A DNA stretch of 64,000 bases from Octopus vulgaris (Eukaryota): the NCBI GenBank assembly GCA_951406725.2, contig OX597830.1:67952001-68016000 (forward strand), in the 5' to 3' direction. This document shows positions 22,746 through 36,417 of the stretch, one piece after another (position 1 is the first letter of the stretch; each line of letters begins with the position of its first letter). The position numbers and the translations under genes were made by a program. The notes under the pieces are model-generated. The model was not told the origin of the DNA and did not search any database. It saw only the letters and a program-made list of their open reading frames with translations.

Positions 22746-23504
22746 TTCTATGAATCATAATATCTATATATACTCTACCACTACCTCACTTAAATTCTTC
22801 ATAAAACTTTCACCCCCTTCATTTTCCTATCACTGCTCTCTCCATCACTTTCCTAACTGCAGTATTTTGCTGCTATAGTTAACTGGGGAAAATAAATGTA
22901 TATATCATCTACTCTTCTGTGATATCAGTTATCTTTCTTACTACCAAAAACTGCTTCATTTTATGTCGATGCTTCATTCTTAACATTGTCCCTCTCCACT
23001 CTTATTTTACACTGAGTATCCCCCACCTTTTCAATGCTATCAAATTACCTTTCCTTTTCCCGCTTCACTGAACCAACTTCCCTCCACACTACATCTTACA
23101 CTCCATTTAAGGGGGTCTTGTACTGCAAGTTACTTGGTGACCTCATGGTTGCTGTAGTCACGTAAAGAGCACCCAGTACACTCAGTAAAGTGGTTGGCAT
23201 TAGGAAAGGCATCCAGTTGTAGAAACCATGCCAAAATAAACTGAAGAGCTTGGTGTAGTCTTCTGATTTGCCTGTCCCCCTCAAATCGTCCTACTGACAC
23301 TAGCATGGTAATTGGACATTAAATGATGATGATGTTAATGATGTTATATACATATGTGTGTGAGAGCATGCTGCATGTGTGTGTGCGCGCATGTGTGTGT
23401 TTGTGTGCGTGTATGCATGTAAATGGGGGTCCTGGAAATAGCCTTTTCACACTTTAAGAGGTTTCAGGCATGCGCATTGCTTTATATATATATATATATA
23501 TATA

Positions 23505-24071
23505 AATATAAGCTACAAGGATATCCAGAGGTAATGCAGTACAATCGTTTCAAGCAACTCCATTTAATTCAACAATGCAATCATTACATCAATTTAAATG
23601 CAGAGCAATCCTCAGCTGCATTAAGACATAGAATTTAATTAAACTAAAACAGGTGGACATATTAATATAATTTTACCTAAATTTTCCTAGAAGGTAAGGA
23701 GATAGATAAAGAACAGGATATTTTCACTTCAGCTACAAAGGTATCAGGAAGAAAGACTAATTACAGATTTGCTTGCCATTGTTTTATGGGTTCAGTTTTA
23801 ATTTATAGACTAGTTTATCACAAGGAGCAGTGGCTGTTAGGAAGGAGGCTGAGGGAGTCGACAGAAATCATAGTAGGTATAGTCATAAAAAACTGTCAAG
23901 ATTTATTTGAAGCAATATCATGAGATTTGCTAATTTAATTAAATTCTGTGTCTTTATGTAGCTGAGGATTGCTCTGCATTTAAATTGATGTAATGATTGC
24001 ATTGTTCAATTAAATGGAGTTGCTTGACACGATCGTACTGCATTACCTCTGGATATCCTTGTTGCTTATTT
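23505..24071. repeat. Inverted repeat (arms about 135 bp, spacer about 290 bp) whose arms are hammerhead motifs
   Basis: 23505-23645 versus 23932-24071. Minus arm 23621-23534 reads AUGCAG-CUGAGGA-...-GAAAC-GAUU-GUA-CUGCAU. The plus arm 23956-24043 has GAAAC changed to GACAC. Confidence 0.85.
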
Positions 24072-24517
24072 TGATTTGAATCACCTTATTTTGAAATTGA
24101 TGGATAATACTGTACTAAGTTCTGGTGCCTCAACATAAGTACAATATTCATCTGAATTCATATATATATATAGAATATAATGAAAGTCAGGAGGTATGAT
24201 ATGGCTATATTTATTTCTCCAGTTGGTATCTGTAGGATGATGATTGTTTTCCAGTCAACATATTATGATAAATAATTATTACAATAAAATCAATGTCCAA
24301 TGTTCAATGAAATTTTTGCTTGAATTGTCTTAACTTCATCTGAGACAGGATGAACCTATAACTTCTCAATTATTTAACGTCAAATACCACAGTCTCTATA
24401 TTATGGAAACATACAATAAAACATTACAATAAAATTTATTCACTAAATTGCTTTTTCCCATTATATTAAACATTAGATTACGTAAATCTGTTTTTTATTT
24501 CTTTTTCTCTCGTACAG

Positions 24518-24698
24518 TTTATCCGTGTGGATCACCAAATCTCTATGGAAACTACAATTAATTTGATAAAACGCCTATGGTATACATCATTGCCAAACTT
24601 ACTTATTTCTGTGATTGGAGAAAGACAATACTTTCTGTTGGATCCATTTACTACTGAAGCTCTTGGGCGTGGTTTGGTTAAAGCTGCACAGATCACAG
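24518..24698 (+). CDS. TRPM-family channel exon (FIRVDHQ...LPNLLISVIGE...LGRGLVKAAQIT-G)
   Basis: cgtacAG acceptor and CAG|GTATAA donor; 181 nt. Matches the MHR1/2 P-x-LLISV-x-G and GL-x-KAA-x-x-TGAW motifs. Confidence 0.93.
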
Positions 24699-24737
24699 GT
24701 ATAAAGTTTTATTTAATAATAACAACAACAATAATCT

Positions 24738-24874
24738 TTTCTATTATAGGCACCAGGCCTGAAATTTTGGGCAAAATCGGCCTCGGTGGAATTTGAATTC
24801 ATAACACAGCGGTAAACGGAATACCACTAAGCATTTCAACCGACGTGCTAACGATTCTGCCAGCTTGCCGCCTT
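24738..24874 (-). mobile_element. Second tRNA-derived SINE family, inserted in (AAT/AAC)n
   Basis: Minus-strand head ggcggcaagctggcagaatcgttagcacg with A/B-box-like segments. A related copy lies at about 25848-26052. Confidence 0.7.
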
Positions 24875-24904
24875 TACAACAACAACAACAACAACAATAA
24901 TAGT

Positions 24905-25782
24905 GAGAATGGAAACAAAGTTGGGGTATCACCTGGGAAGAGGTACGGGAACAAACGTTGGAGCAGAACTGGACAGCCTAGTCCAGTCTGTCTGGATTTC
25001 CCCCAATGATATTAAGATAGAGTTTAGACTCTCAAAATGTGCTACAATGGTGATGAGATGAGGAAAGCTTGCCAGGACAAAAGGTACAGGTTTATCAGGT
25101 GGTGAAATGATGAAGGCAAGTCAACCTCAATCCAATTATAAATACCTGAGACTACTTGATGTGAAGAAAAAGACAAAAAGAGAGTACCTGCGGTGAGTGA
25201 GAATAAATATTGCCTTCAAACGGAATGCCAGAAACATAATTTCAGCAATAAATTCGGGCGCAATCGCAGGAGTTTGATATGACAATGGAATCATGAAGTG
25301 GACAGAGAGGGAGGAGCTAAAGGAGATGGACAGGAAGTCAAGAAAGATGCTACCGATGCATGGAGCCCATCATCCACGTGCAGACACTGATCACCTGCAC
25401 ATGAAGAGAGCCAATGGATACAGGGGACTGATAAGTGTGAAAGACTGCGTCCATATCGAAATCGAGAGCTTAATGAGATACCTAGTCCAAAGTAATGAAA
25501 CCTTGCTAGTGACAGTTAGGAATGAAGAAGTATTTAGAGCAGAGAAAAAGGGAAAACAAAGGAAGAAGTACAAAAATTGAAGAATTACACCAGAAGGGAC
25601 TACGCAATCAATTCCATGTAGCCATAACAGAAGTTGCTGGAAAATAGGTGGGAGTGGCTGATGAAAGTAACTCTAAAAGAGAGACCGAGAGCACTATACT
25701 GGTAGAGCAAGACCAAAGCATCAACCTGAGAAATGAGAAAGTGTCTCCACTGTACTGCATCTGCAATAGAGTAGATAAAGAG

Positions 25783-25844
<62 letters not shown>

Positions 25845-27160
25845 CCATTCTACTATAGGTACAAGACCTGAGATTTTAGGGGAGGGGGCTAGTCGATTAC
25901 ATCAGCCCCAATATTTCACTGGTATTTATTTTATCGACTCTGAAATAATGTAAAGCAAAGTTGCTCCTAGTGTAATTTGGATTCAGAACGCAGAGACGGA
26001 CGAAATGCTGCTAAGCATTCCATCCGGCGTGATAATGATTCTGCCTGCTCACTCGAAAATTAAGGTTGGTGTGGTGCTCAAAACTGACTGGGCGGAATAA
26101 AATCCAAGCAGGTAATACATGAACGATAGCATCACATCAGTATGGAGCTGGAATTATAAAATTACAAAAAGAAAGAACTGATGAAAATAGATATGAAGTG
26201 AAAAGAATGTTGACAAGCGCAAGAAGCCTACTACCCTGGTAGTGAGACCGATAGGATGTACTTTTACAGAAGAAAGGTCGGGGGAGGTTTGATCAGTTGC
26301 CAGGATTTTATCTTAGCAGATAAAAAAGGCTTATTGTGATACTTAAAAATGCCATAGGCCCATTGTAGAAACATGCGAAGGAGGCTGGTGCCATTAAAAC
26401 TGAGAAATGTGTCAAGAAAGAAAAATTTATAGGGGAAGAAAACAGGATGGATGGAAACAAAAATGTACGTTCAGTTTGCCAGAGATATCGGTGAGTAGTT
26501 GTAACCTGAAAATATAGACAGAAGCACTTATACACGCAGCTCAAGAACAAGTGTTAAGGACTAACTATGAGAAATGCAGAATCAACAACACTACTGACAG
26601 CAACAAAAGCAGAATGTGTGGTGAGATGAATGAAACGGTATTGCACATCGTTAGTGAATGCCCAAAATTGGTACAACTCGAATGCAAAAGACGGCATGAC
26701 AATTTAGTAAGAATGATCCGTTGGAAGCTCCGTTAAAATCATGGTCAACAAAGAGCAAAGACGTGGTATAAGAAAACCCAAGAGTCACCGAGAATGAGAA
26801 GTGCAATGTCCTATGAGATGCAATGATTCAGTGTGATAACTTGACCATGCATCGGAAACTGGACATCGTTGTGGTGAATAAGAAAGAAAGAAAATGCACG
26901 ATAATCGACATAGCATGTCCCAGTGACAACAGGATCAAAGAGAAAAAAGTAAAAGTAAACAACGCTGACGATTTGAAGTGGGAAATACGAAAGTTGTAGT
27001 CAATGAGGAGAGTAGATGTGATACCAATAGTAATTGGTGCCCTTGGAAATATCAGCACTCAGCTACCAATGTGGCTGAAAAAGATTGGTGAAAGTGTGAA
27101 GATAGAACACCTAGAAAAATCAGCATTGCTTGGAGCTGCAAGAATTCTACACAGAGTGAC
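24905..27160 (+). mobile_element. Degraded R4/Dong-like RLE LINE fragments interleaved with (TAA)n
   Basis: HHPRADTDHL...GRGLIS, CR...HIVSECP...RRHD and DIVV...IDIACP...VIPIVIGALG remnants. Confidence 0.75.
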
Positions 27161-28211
27161 ACTATCTATTATACCCAGCAAAATAAGCTGAGAGTTTTCA
27201 TCAAATAATAATAATGATAATGATTATCATAGTTTTTATCGAAAGAACATTTTGTTAAACCCAAAATCCTTAACTTCCTGTATCACTATCTTTTTATCCC
27301 TCCCTCCCTCTCTCTCCCTCTCTTTCTGATACTTTTGATGATTTTGTGATCCATACAATACTATAAACTGCACCACACTTCCTCTAATCATACAATTCAC
27401 CTTCATTTCCCTAACAACATGTATGAAACTGACTCTAAATTCTAAATTCCTATTTTAACGGAAAGTGAGCTATTTTTTAATCATAACAATATAGGTTTTT
27501 TTGGTGTTTTTTTTTTTTTGTTTTTTGAAGATCGTTGTGTATTAATCCCAAAATATTTAACTACCTACATCACTACATTTCTCACGTTCTTTCTCTCTCT
27601 CATCGATGTATGTGTTGCTCTTTTGCTTCCTCACTCAGTAACAGACTTTCCCACCTTCTCTCGTGACCAATGCACTCACCCTCTGAATTCACCACTTCCA
27701 CCACCATCTCTTATGTACAGTCACACTAGGAAGTACATTTTCTTTCCTCTCTCATTTCTCTATCTTCCCTTTACTTCCTCTTCTTCACTCATCTCTCTTG
27801 TACTTAAATGATTCAGACACGTGACATTCACCTCTCCGCCGCCACCAAGACTGAAATAGTGAAATCAAATCATATCCGAATGACTGAATGGAGATCAGCT
27901 TCCACAAAGTTGGACCATTCTCGACTAAACCGGCAACACCCCCAGAGCGCACTCTGTGAGGAGGCTCTATTTTGCTTGTTATTTGGATCTCCTGCAGGAC
28001 GAAAAACAAAACTTTTCTTGGGGTGGATGAACTCTGAAGACTCAATACCCATCCAAATAATATTTGTGTATTTATTGTACCGACGAAGGCATTACCACTT
28101 AGGATAACAGTAATAATTTTCCAACATCTTCGGCTTGTAGTATTCTTTGCTCAGTCTGCACAGCAACTTGTAGTAGATAAGTCTATGTAAATACATACAT
28201 ATATATATATA

Positions 28212-29051
28212 CTAGCAGAATTGCCCGGCGTTGCTCGGGGCTGAATTGCTTGAAAGTACTGTTAATGATTGCACTGAATTATGATGATTATTCAGGCAAA
28301 TATTGATATAAGTTTACGGTGGGAGATAAGGACTTAACGATCAAACGTGTGCCATTGCATTGTTTTGGGGGAACCAAATTTCTGATGAGCATTATAGGGG
28401 CACCAACTTTAGGTTTGAGAAAGTGTGGTGGTAGTCCGGGGTGCTCAAAGGAATTGAGTACCTCTATTGGATAGTTGATGACGTCCTCTGGGTCAGGAGT
28501 TGTATCGATAGACTGATATACATAGACTTCCCCAGGAATGAGTTTTAGCATTTCATCATTAATATGGTGAACAGTTTTATTCCTCGGGGCCAGTATAGCC
28601 TTTTTGCCAATCCAATCCATATTCTGATAATTAGCTTGTAGATCTGGGAACACTGCATCTCTGAGATCAGAAGGCGTCTTAACAATGTTACAAATGGAAT
28701 CGATGGCAATATTACCATTTTCATCCCCTGGTATTTTGCCTTCGCCAAGTGCAAGGAGGGTGTGAGGAAATGCTGCTGATGTGATATTACGTCGCATATG
28801 AGCACGCATATTGGTGTGAAGTTTGAGAGTTACTTCCCTTTATTAAAAAAAATATGCATTAAAATGGAAAAAAAATGATGGTAAATTATTTGTAAAATCG
28901 TAGACTCATCGTAGACGCGCGCTAATACCCAGAAGGGCTCAATATGAATCACGACTATAAGATACCCGGTTAAACTGCATCGCAAAATGTGGGAGTAGTT
29001 AGGAATCTAAATCGGAGTAGACAGACACACAACCTTTCTTTTATATATAAA
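28212..29051 (-). mobile_element. Non-autonomous Helitron retaining a Pif1-like helicase fragment (about 28310-28830)
   Basis: 3' hairpin CCCGAGCAACGCCGGG followed by CTAG (28212-28215). The ORF has AILAPRN and PGLPPH-x-L-x-x-KVGAPIMLIRNL...CNGTRLIV, typical of the Helitron RepHel helicase. Confidence 0.9.
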
Positions 29052-29054
29052 TAT

Positions 29055-29570
29055 TTTCGTCCTAAAAAACATTGTATGGATTGAATGGTTACCTCTATGG
29101 AAATATATACACGCACATTATACATACATGTGTGTATAGATGAATACATAAATACATTTAAATACCTATATACACTTTTGGGCGATTTTTCTGTTTCTTA
29201 GAGATAACTTTAGATTTTATATTCGTCCTAAAAAACTTTGTATGGAGTGAATGGTTACCTCTATGGAAATATATACACACACGTTATACATACATGTGTG
29301 CATAGATGAATATATAAATACATTTAAATATCTATATACACTTTTGGGCGATCTTTCTGCTACTTGTATATACTTTAGATCTTATATTCGTCCTAAAAAA
29401 CTTTGTATGGAGTGAAAGGTTACCTCTATGGAAATATATACACACACATTATACATACATCTGTGTATAGATGAATATATAAATAGATTTAAATATCTAT
29501 ATACACTTTTGGGCGATCTTTCTGCTACTTGGATATACTTTAGGTCTTATATTCGTCCTAAAAAACTTTC
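29055..29570. repeat. Tandem repeat, unit about 165 bp, about 3.1 copies
   Basis: cgtcctaaaaaac recurs at 29058, 29224, 29389 and 29554. Confidence 0.92.
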
Positions 29571-29759
29571 CTGTCACACACTCACACACACGCACACACA
29601 CACACACGCACCCTCACAAACACACACACGCACACACACACACTCACACACACACACACACACACACACGTTAGCTTACAATTTTATTTATATATTTGCG
29701 TGTCTATGTGTGTAAATAGGAAGTGGGAATGCAGAGTGAAAGAGTCACTCACTACAAAA

Positions 29760-30096
29760 AGTGAATTACTTTCACTTTAATCGTTGCACATTTGCAAAGA
29801 GAAAGGAGGAGAAATTAGGGTGATAGCGTCAGTAAAACAGTTCGCTCCGTTTGTGTGTGTGTGCGTGTGTGTGTGCTGTAGCCCACACTAAGAAAAGCAC
29901 TTCACTTACACACCACAATGTGAGTTTTCTCTAAATTTTGCTTAATTGGGGTTGAAATTTTAAAAACTGGACCTGGCACGACCCAATGCATTCTACTCTT
30001 AAAAATGCTAGGTAAATTGTTATTGAAGAAATCCTATATTGTAGATTTCTATAAGAGACAAAGGGAGGCAGATAAAATCTGCCTTTTATAATAAGA
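29760..30096 (-). mobile_element. 5' part of a second putative Helitron family; duplicate at about 31085-31359
   Basis: Two similar copies of about 280-330 bp ending ...gcagataaaatctgccttttataataaga (minus strand TCTTATTATAAAAGGCAGA, a Helitron-like 5' TC end). Confidence 0.6.
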
Positions 30097-30502
30097 CTAG
30101 CAGTATCGCCCGGCGTTGCTCGGGTTTGTAAGGGAAATAACTATATAAGCATTTTTAGAGAGTTATAGCCAAAAAATAGCAAAAAAAGCATTAAAAATTG
30201 AAAAAAAATTAAGGTAAATTTTTTTAAAAATCGTTGACACATCGTAGATATTTTTAGAGAGTTACTTCCCTTATATAAAAGCGAAAAAAATGCATTAAAA
30301 TGGAACAATATGATGGTAAATTTTTTTTAAATCGTAGACTAATCGTAGACTCATCGTAGACGCGCGCTAATACCCAGAAGGGCTCGATATGAATGACGAC
30401 TATAAGATACCCGCTTTTGGTTAAACTGCACCGCAAAATGTGGGAGTAGTTACGAATCTAAATCGTAGGAGACAGACACACAACTTCACTCTTATATAAA
30501 GA
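30097..30502 (-). mobile_element. Complete non-autonomous Helitron (406 bp)
   Basis: Minus strand reads A|TC...hairpin...CTAG|T, the canonical AT target with no TSD. Shares both ends with 28212-29051. Confidence 0.9.
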
Positions 30503-31400
30503 TGATTTTTTTTTCAGTCATAGAGTTAGATTTATGAAGGTCTTCAGTAGAAAATCCTTCGAATTCTGACTCGCTGCTTGATATAATGAAATTCGTATCC
30601 ATTTTTTGTCAGAATTACAAATTTTGAAAACACAATAGGAACAAATTTCGGAAAAAAATCTCCCATAATTCACGGAATTAAAATTACACTTCGATTTTTG
30701 TACAAAACTGTATTTGAAGTGTTTACGAAGTATAATACGTGTTTTCACGAATGTACTAAAGAGATTTACTCTGATATTCTCATTTAAATATGAATAGGTA
30801 AATTCGGGCGGTTTGGTAACGAAAGGGTTAAACGGATGCATACATAACTATATATAAGTGTCGTCTGTTTATACATAAACACTGTTTCATACTTTCAGTT
30901 TAGTCTTCCTCAAATCACTCTGTCACTATTTACTCTCTTCCAAGAACATTTTCACTCACTCTTATCTCTTAGCTTGCCATACATTTTACTCATGTATCTA
31001 TCAGCGTGATAGACAGAAACAAATATTACATCGCCATCGCCATCGCCATCGCATTCTATTGTCTACCTGTCAACACACACACAGTGAATTACTTTCACTT
31101 TATTCGCTGCACACTGTGTGTGTGCGTTTGCGTGTGCTGTAAACCAGACTAAGAAAAGCATTTGACATACACACCAGAATGTGAGTTTTCTGTAAATTTT
31201 GCTTAATTGGAGTTTAAATTTTAAAAACTGGACCTGGCATGACCGGATGCATTCTACTCTTAAAAATGCTAGGTAAATTGTAATTGAAGAAATCCTATAT
31301 TATAGATTTCTATAAGTGACAAAGGGAGGCAGATAAAATCTGCCTTTTATAATAAGAGATATATATATACATATATATATATATACATATATATATATAT

Positions 31401-34177
31401 GTATTCATTGTACATATTAGGCAACTTGATGTAGTTGTGTGTGCTACATATCGCCCTCCAGATGCCCCAAGCCATGTGGGCAAGTTCGAAGACTGCCTTA
31501 TAAAAATAGAAGAAATTCTAACCACATTAGAACAACACATAGGTGTGCTTCTTATGGGAGACTTCAATCTGCCCAATGTCAGATGGCCCGAGGGCCTTTC
31601 TCTCCCAGGAATGACAAGATGTGAACGAGGACAGGCGAGGTCTCTCCTGAACCTCATCAACACCCTGTACATGGAGCAGGTAATACTCCAACCAACCAGG
31701 GCAGGTAACACACTGGATCTCTGCTTCACAAATGACATGGATCTCATCCATAATGTGAAAGTGACACCGACACTACTCTCGGATCACAACATGGTAGAGC
31801 TGACCATGTACGGGCCAAAAGAGAGCACGGACATGCAGCCTACAAGAAACCCTCAAAATCTTTCCAGCTTGAACTACCATAAGGCAAACTGGAAACAAAT
31901 TGAGAAAGAGATCCTCAAACAAAACTGGCCTGAATGTCTCTCCTCGCCAGACATTGACGTGAAACTTCAACAATTCATGTCTGTAATGCAAGCCATATGC
32001 TACAAATGTGTCCCAGAGAGAAAGGCCACTGTACACAAGAACAAAATCCCCAGAGAGAGGAAAATTTTAATGAGACGGCGTACGAAATTTTCAAATCGCC
32101 TAACCAAACAGATTGAAAGCAGTGAAAAGTCCAGCCTAAAAATAAAACTGTTGGAAATCGAAAAATGTCTGCAACTCTCCCATGAAAAAGAAAGAGCAGA
32201 CAAAGAAGCCTGGGCTATAGAAAAAATAAAATCTAACCCCAGAGCTTTCTACAGGTATGCCAAAGAAACAGCTACAGTGCACTGTAGAATAGGGCCACTC
32301 CTCGAAAAGGATGGCACACTTACAGGAAAACCAATGAGGGTAAGTGAAATACTGAATGAGCAATTCAAGAGTGTTTTCACTCCACCCCTTGGGCATCTCC
32401 AAATCACCAATCCAACTGACTTTTTTACCACTGCAGATATAAAATCAGAGGCGGCGACGATAGATTACATCGATATAAAGGAAGACGATGTAACCAAGGC
32501 TATAGATGAAATGAAAACAGACTCAGCTACTGGCCCCGATGGATTCCCGGCAATCCTCCTAAAAGCATGTAAGAGAGTCCTAGCAAGACCACTGCAGTTC
32601 CTCTTTCAGAGCTTCCTTGCAGCTGGCAAACTTCCAGGAAAACTGAAGGAAGGTAAAATATGCCCCATTCATAAAGGAGGTAGCAGAGCGGAAGCCAAGA
32701 ACTATAGACCTATCTCTCTGACCTCACACATCAGCAAGGTCATGGAACGAATAGTCAGAAGGAAGCTGATCACCTTCCTTGAAGAGAATGACTTGCTGCC
32801 CGACACCCAACATGGTTTCCGACCAGGGAGAAGCTGTTTAACTCAGCTCTTACAACACTATGACTGGGTGCTGAAACGGCTGCTCAACCACTCAAATGTG
32901 GAAGTGATATATCTCGACTTTGCAAAGGCCTTTGATAAAGTCGATCATGGAATGATATGTCACAAACTGCGTGATCTCAACATAGTTGGAAAACTGGGAG
33001 AATGGCTTCATGACTTTCTGAAGGATAGAAGTCAGGTGGTAGTAGCCAATGGGGCCACCTCCATTAACACACAAATAGTGAGCGGTGTTCCGCAGGGCAC
33101 TGTTCTGGGACCACTACTGTTCATAATGGCCCTCTCAGACATGCCCTCAGCCACGCAGAGAGCCACGATCACAAGTTATGCAGATGATACAAAAGTTTCA
33201 CAGGCAATACAGAACCCTGAGGACACTAAACACCTGCAATGTGAGCTGGACGAAATATACAAGTGGGCTGAAAAGAATAGCATGCAGTTCAATGCTGGAA
33301 AGTTTCAAGCTTTATACTATCAGCATGCAAAACTGAATGCAATACCCAATGAATACACTGGACCCGGAGGGATTGCAATCCCAGAGGCACAATCAGTGCG
33401 TGACCTGGGTATTCACATGAGTGATGACGCGACCTTTCATGTACATGTTGCTAAACTGACAATGAAATGTAGACGGCTGGCTGGATGGATTCTTAGAACC
33501 TTTAGAACAAGAGAACAAGAAACCATGATGGTCCTCTGGAAGACACTTGTCCTAAGCCACTTTGTATATTGCTCTCAGCTATGGTCACCATCCAGTGTCA
33601 AGTTGATCACAGAACTTGAGGCGATCCAACGAAGCTACACAAAGAAGATAGCCTCTATGCAGAATGTAAGCTACTGGGAAAGACTCAAGAGATTAAAATT
33701 ATATTCCCTGGAGCGTAGGCGGGAAAGATATGCCATAATATACATCTGGAAGATCCTGGAGGGAAGTGTCCTGAACTTTGGCATCGAGAGTTACGCAAAT
33801 GCCAGAACTGGGCTTCACTGCGTGGTGCCTAGGACTCCAAACCTGCCATCAAGATGTAGGACAAGATACTGTGATAGCCTGGGCTTCCGAGGCCCACAGC
33901 TCTTCAATATCCTCCCGAAGAACCTGAGAGACCTGCATGGGGTGGATACAGATGTCTTTAAAATGAAGCTGGATCTCTTCCTGTCAGGTGTCCCAGATGA
34001 ACCAACTTCACGGCAGGAGGGGCAGATGAGGGCAGCTGCATCGAACTCTCTCATGCACCAAATAGCAGTTGCTAGAAAGCCTCCATGAAGTGAAACCAAG
34101 TAGCAACACCAAATGGCGGTGCCCCAGCATGGCCACAGCTCATAAGCTGAAACTAGAATCAATCAATCAATCAATCA

Positions 34178-34180
<3 letters not shown>
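31401..34180 (+). mobile_element. CR1-clade LINE, 5'-truncated, uninterrupted 883-aa EN(partial)-RT ORF 31437-34088, inserted in (TA)n
   Basis: YRPP, GDFN, LDL and SDH endonuclease motifs; NYRPISLTS, QHGF, YLDFAKAFDKV, SGVPQG, YADD and YSLERRRER. Stem-loop 3' end with (AATC)n tail. Isolated 3' ends at about 19707-19770 and 35086-35145. Confidence 0.95.
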
Positions 34181-34227
<47 letters not shown>

Positions 34228-36253
34228 GGTTTAGCCGTTGTCTGTGAAACTAGAGACATATCTGTCTAGGTGGATAAATGTGTATAAGTGCAAATTGTAA
34301 GATTATACGTATATATGTGTGATATGTGCGTGTATACATGTTTATTGTGTGTGCTTGTAAATAAGCATAAGTATGTTTATATTTGCATGTATGTATCTAA
34401 GACATTGTATCTATTCACCCTTAGACGGTGGTAAAAGGAAAATATATATCTACAACCTTCAATGGAGTAACAGTTATATATACAACTTGAACAGATATAC
34501 ATATCAGTACATAAACATTCCTTTACATGTACATACACATATACACACTCACAGACATGTTTATACACTTACGTAAATGCTGACATACATACATACAAGC
34601 GTAAATGCATATATGCATGCATGTGCAAAACATATAGATATATGCATACATCCATGCATACATATATACATACATCCATGCATACATATATGCATACATA
34701 CATATATACATACTGAGTACAGTTGTGAGAATTACCTGCCCAGCGGATGTTAACGTAAAGCCGAGGATCAGTGAATAAGAGAATACCTACGCCGACCTAT
34801 TGAGAAATTTGTAGTTACTCTATCCAGATTACAAGTTCAGGTTTGTACTTGTAGTTATTGGGGCTCTGGGATATGCAATACACTGCCTAAATACCAATCT
34901 TGAGAAATTAGGCTTCTCAAATCCAGAAAGGAGAAAGCTAATTCTGAAACTACAGATCTGATCCATCACTGGAACTGTAAAAATCTATAAAACTTTCCAG
35001 AAGTGTATCATTTAAATATATATGAGCATGTTTAGATATGTAACAATATGCATGAGAATACATACATAAAGCAAAAATCTGCATATGGCGGTGCCCCAGC
35101 ATGGCCACAGCTCATGAGCTGAAACTAGAATGAATGAATGAATCAATATATACATACAGTTGTTGATGAAATTCCAATGAAGGAGCCTTGGATCTAGGAT
35201 GGAGACTGGCTCTTTCTTTATTGGCAAGAAATCTTGAAATAAAACACACATGTATTGCTAAAAAACTGCTATTCCCTCAGATTTAGCACCAAGTCTTTTC
35301 AGTGAATAGGTCACTGTTTGAAAGCGATGAAAATATCTTGACACAAATGAAAATTAAATGTTGAAGTGAAACTAACGGTTTTTGTGTTCTTGAATAACTT
35401 ACAAATATATTCCTTGCTGCAATTTTATCTCTTTTTTGTAATAATAATTTATTTTGACTTGTTATAAAGATTTTATAGTTTAAGTGTTTATGATTTAAAC
35501 CAAAGTCCAACTTAATTGAACAGATTCATGCTCAAAATCATTGCTGCAATGACCATCCCACCTTATACAGGTTCATCAGACAACTTTATCCAATGTGTTC
35601 AGTCGTTTTGTAAGGCAGTAGGGTATAATTTGATGGAGGAGATATAATTGTTGTTTTCTGAAGGTCAAATGACCATGTAGAGGGTACGTGAGTTATTGGG
35701 AAACGGAAAGAGTGATATTCATATATTATTCCATAGCATTACTAGACTTGGGCCAATAAGTGAAACCATGCCACACTTTCATGTAAGACTTTAATCTTTC
35801 TCTCTAACACACAACACATTTCCAGTTAGCAATATGGAATCAATAGCAATATACTGGAAGCAGACGACTGTATTTAGCAGACGACTGTATGTAGTATCTA
35901 GCTTTTGGTTACGAGTTCAAATTCTATCAGGGGTGAAATTTTATTTTGCTTATTATCTTGTCAAGAATTGATTTTTAAAAATCAATAGGAGAGTCCTGGA
36001 TTGATTCAACACAGTAAATCAAGGCTTCAATAATGAAAACTATGTCAGTAATTAAATCAACCTAAGTTAATTACTGGTGAATTTCCCATTAACCTTACAT
36101 GCACAAAAAGAAAATTCACTCCTTTTGTGTGATTTGAAGTCTGAATGTGAAGGAATATAACTAAATACCAGAAATTATTTTGTCCAAAAATCTACAATCA
36201 TTTAGAATAAGCAATCAATGTTTGAATATAATTATTGTTCTCTTGTTTTGCAG

Positions 36254-36417
36254 GTGCCTGGATCATAAGTGATGGCTTACATACTGGAGTTGCAAAACAT
36301 ATTGGGAAGGCTATACATGATAATGAAGCTGCAATGACTGGCAAGAAGAAAGTGGTAACAATAGGTATTGCATCATGGAACTGTGTACAAAACAAGGAAT
36401 CCCTTGTGAATGAAGAG
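36254..36417 (+). CDS. TRPM-family channel exon (GAWIISDGLHTGVAKHIGKAI...VVTIGIASWNCVQNKESLVNEE)
   Basis: ttttgcAG acceptor and GAG|GTAAAT donor; 164 nt, phase-compatible. Carries the AWI...GV-x-KH-x-G and IGIA-x-W motifs. Confidence 0.93.

Noticed and set aside
24527-24796. Stand-alone small ORFs at 24527-24796, 36235-36453 and 15144-15353
   Set aside because: The first two are TRPM exons read through into introns. The third overlaps the 38-nt exon in a different frame.
28288-28809. Host PIF1 helicase gene
   Set aside because: An intronless partial domain enclosed by Helitron termini.
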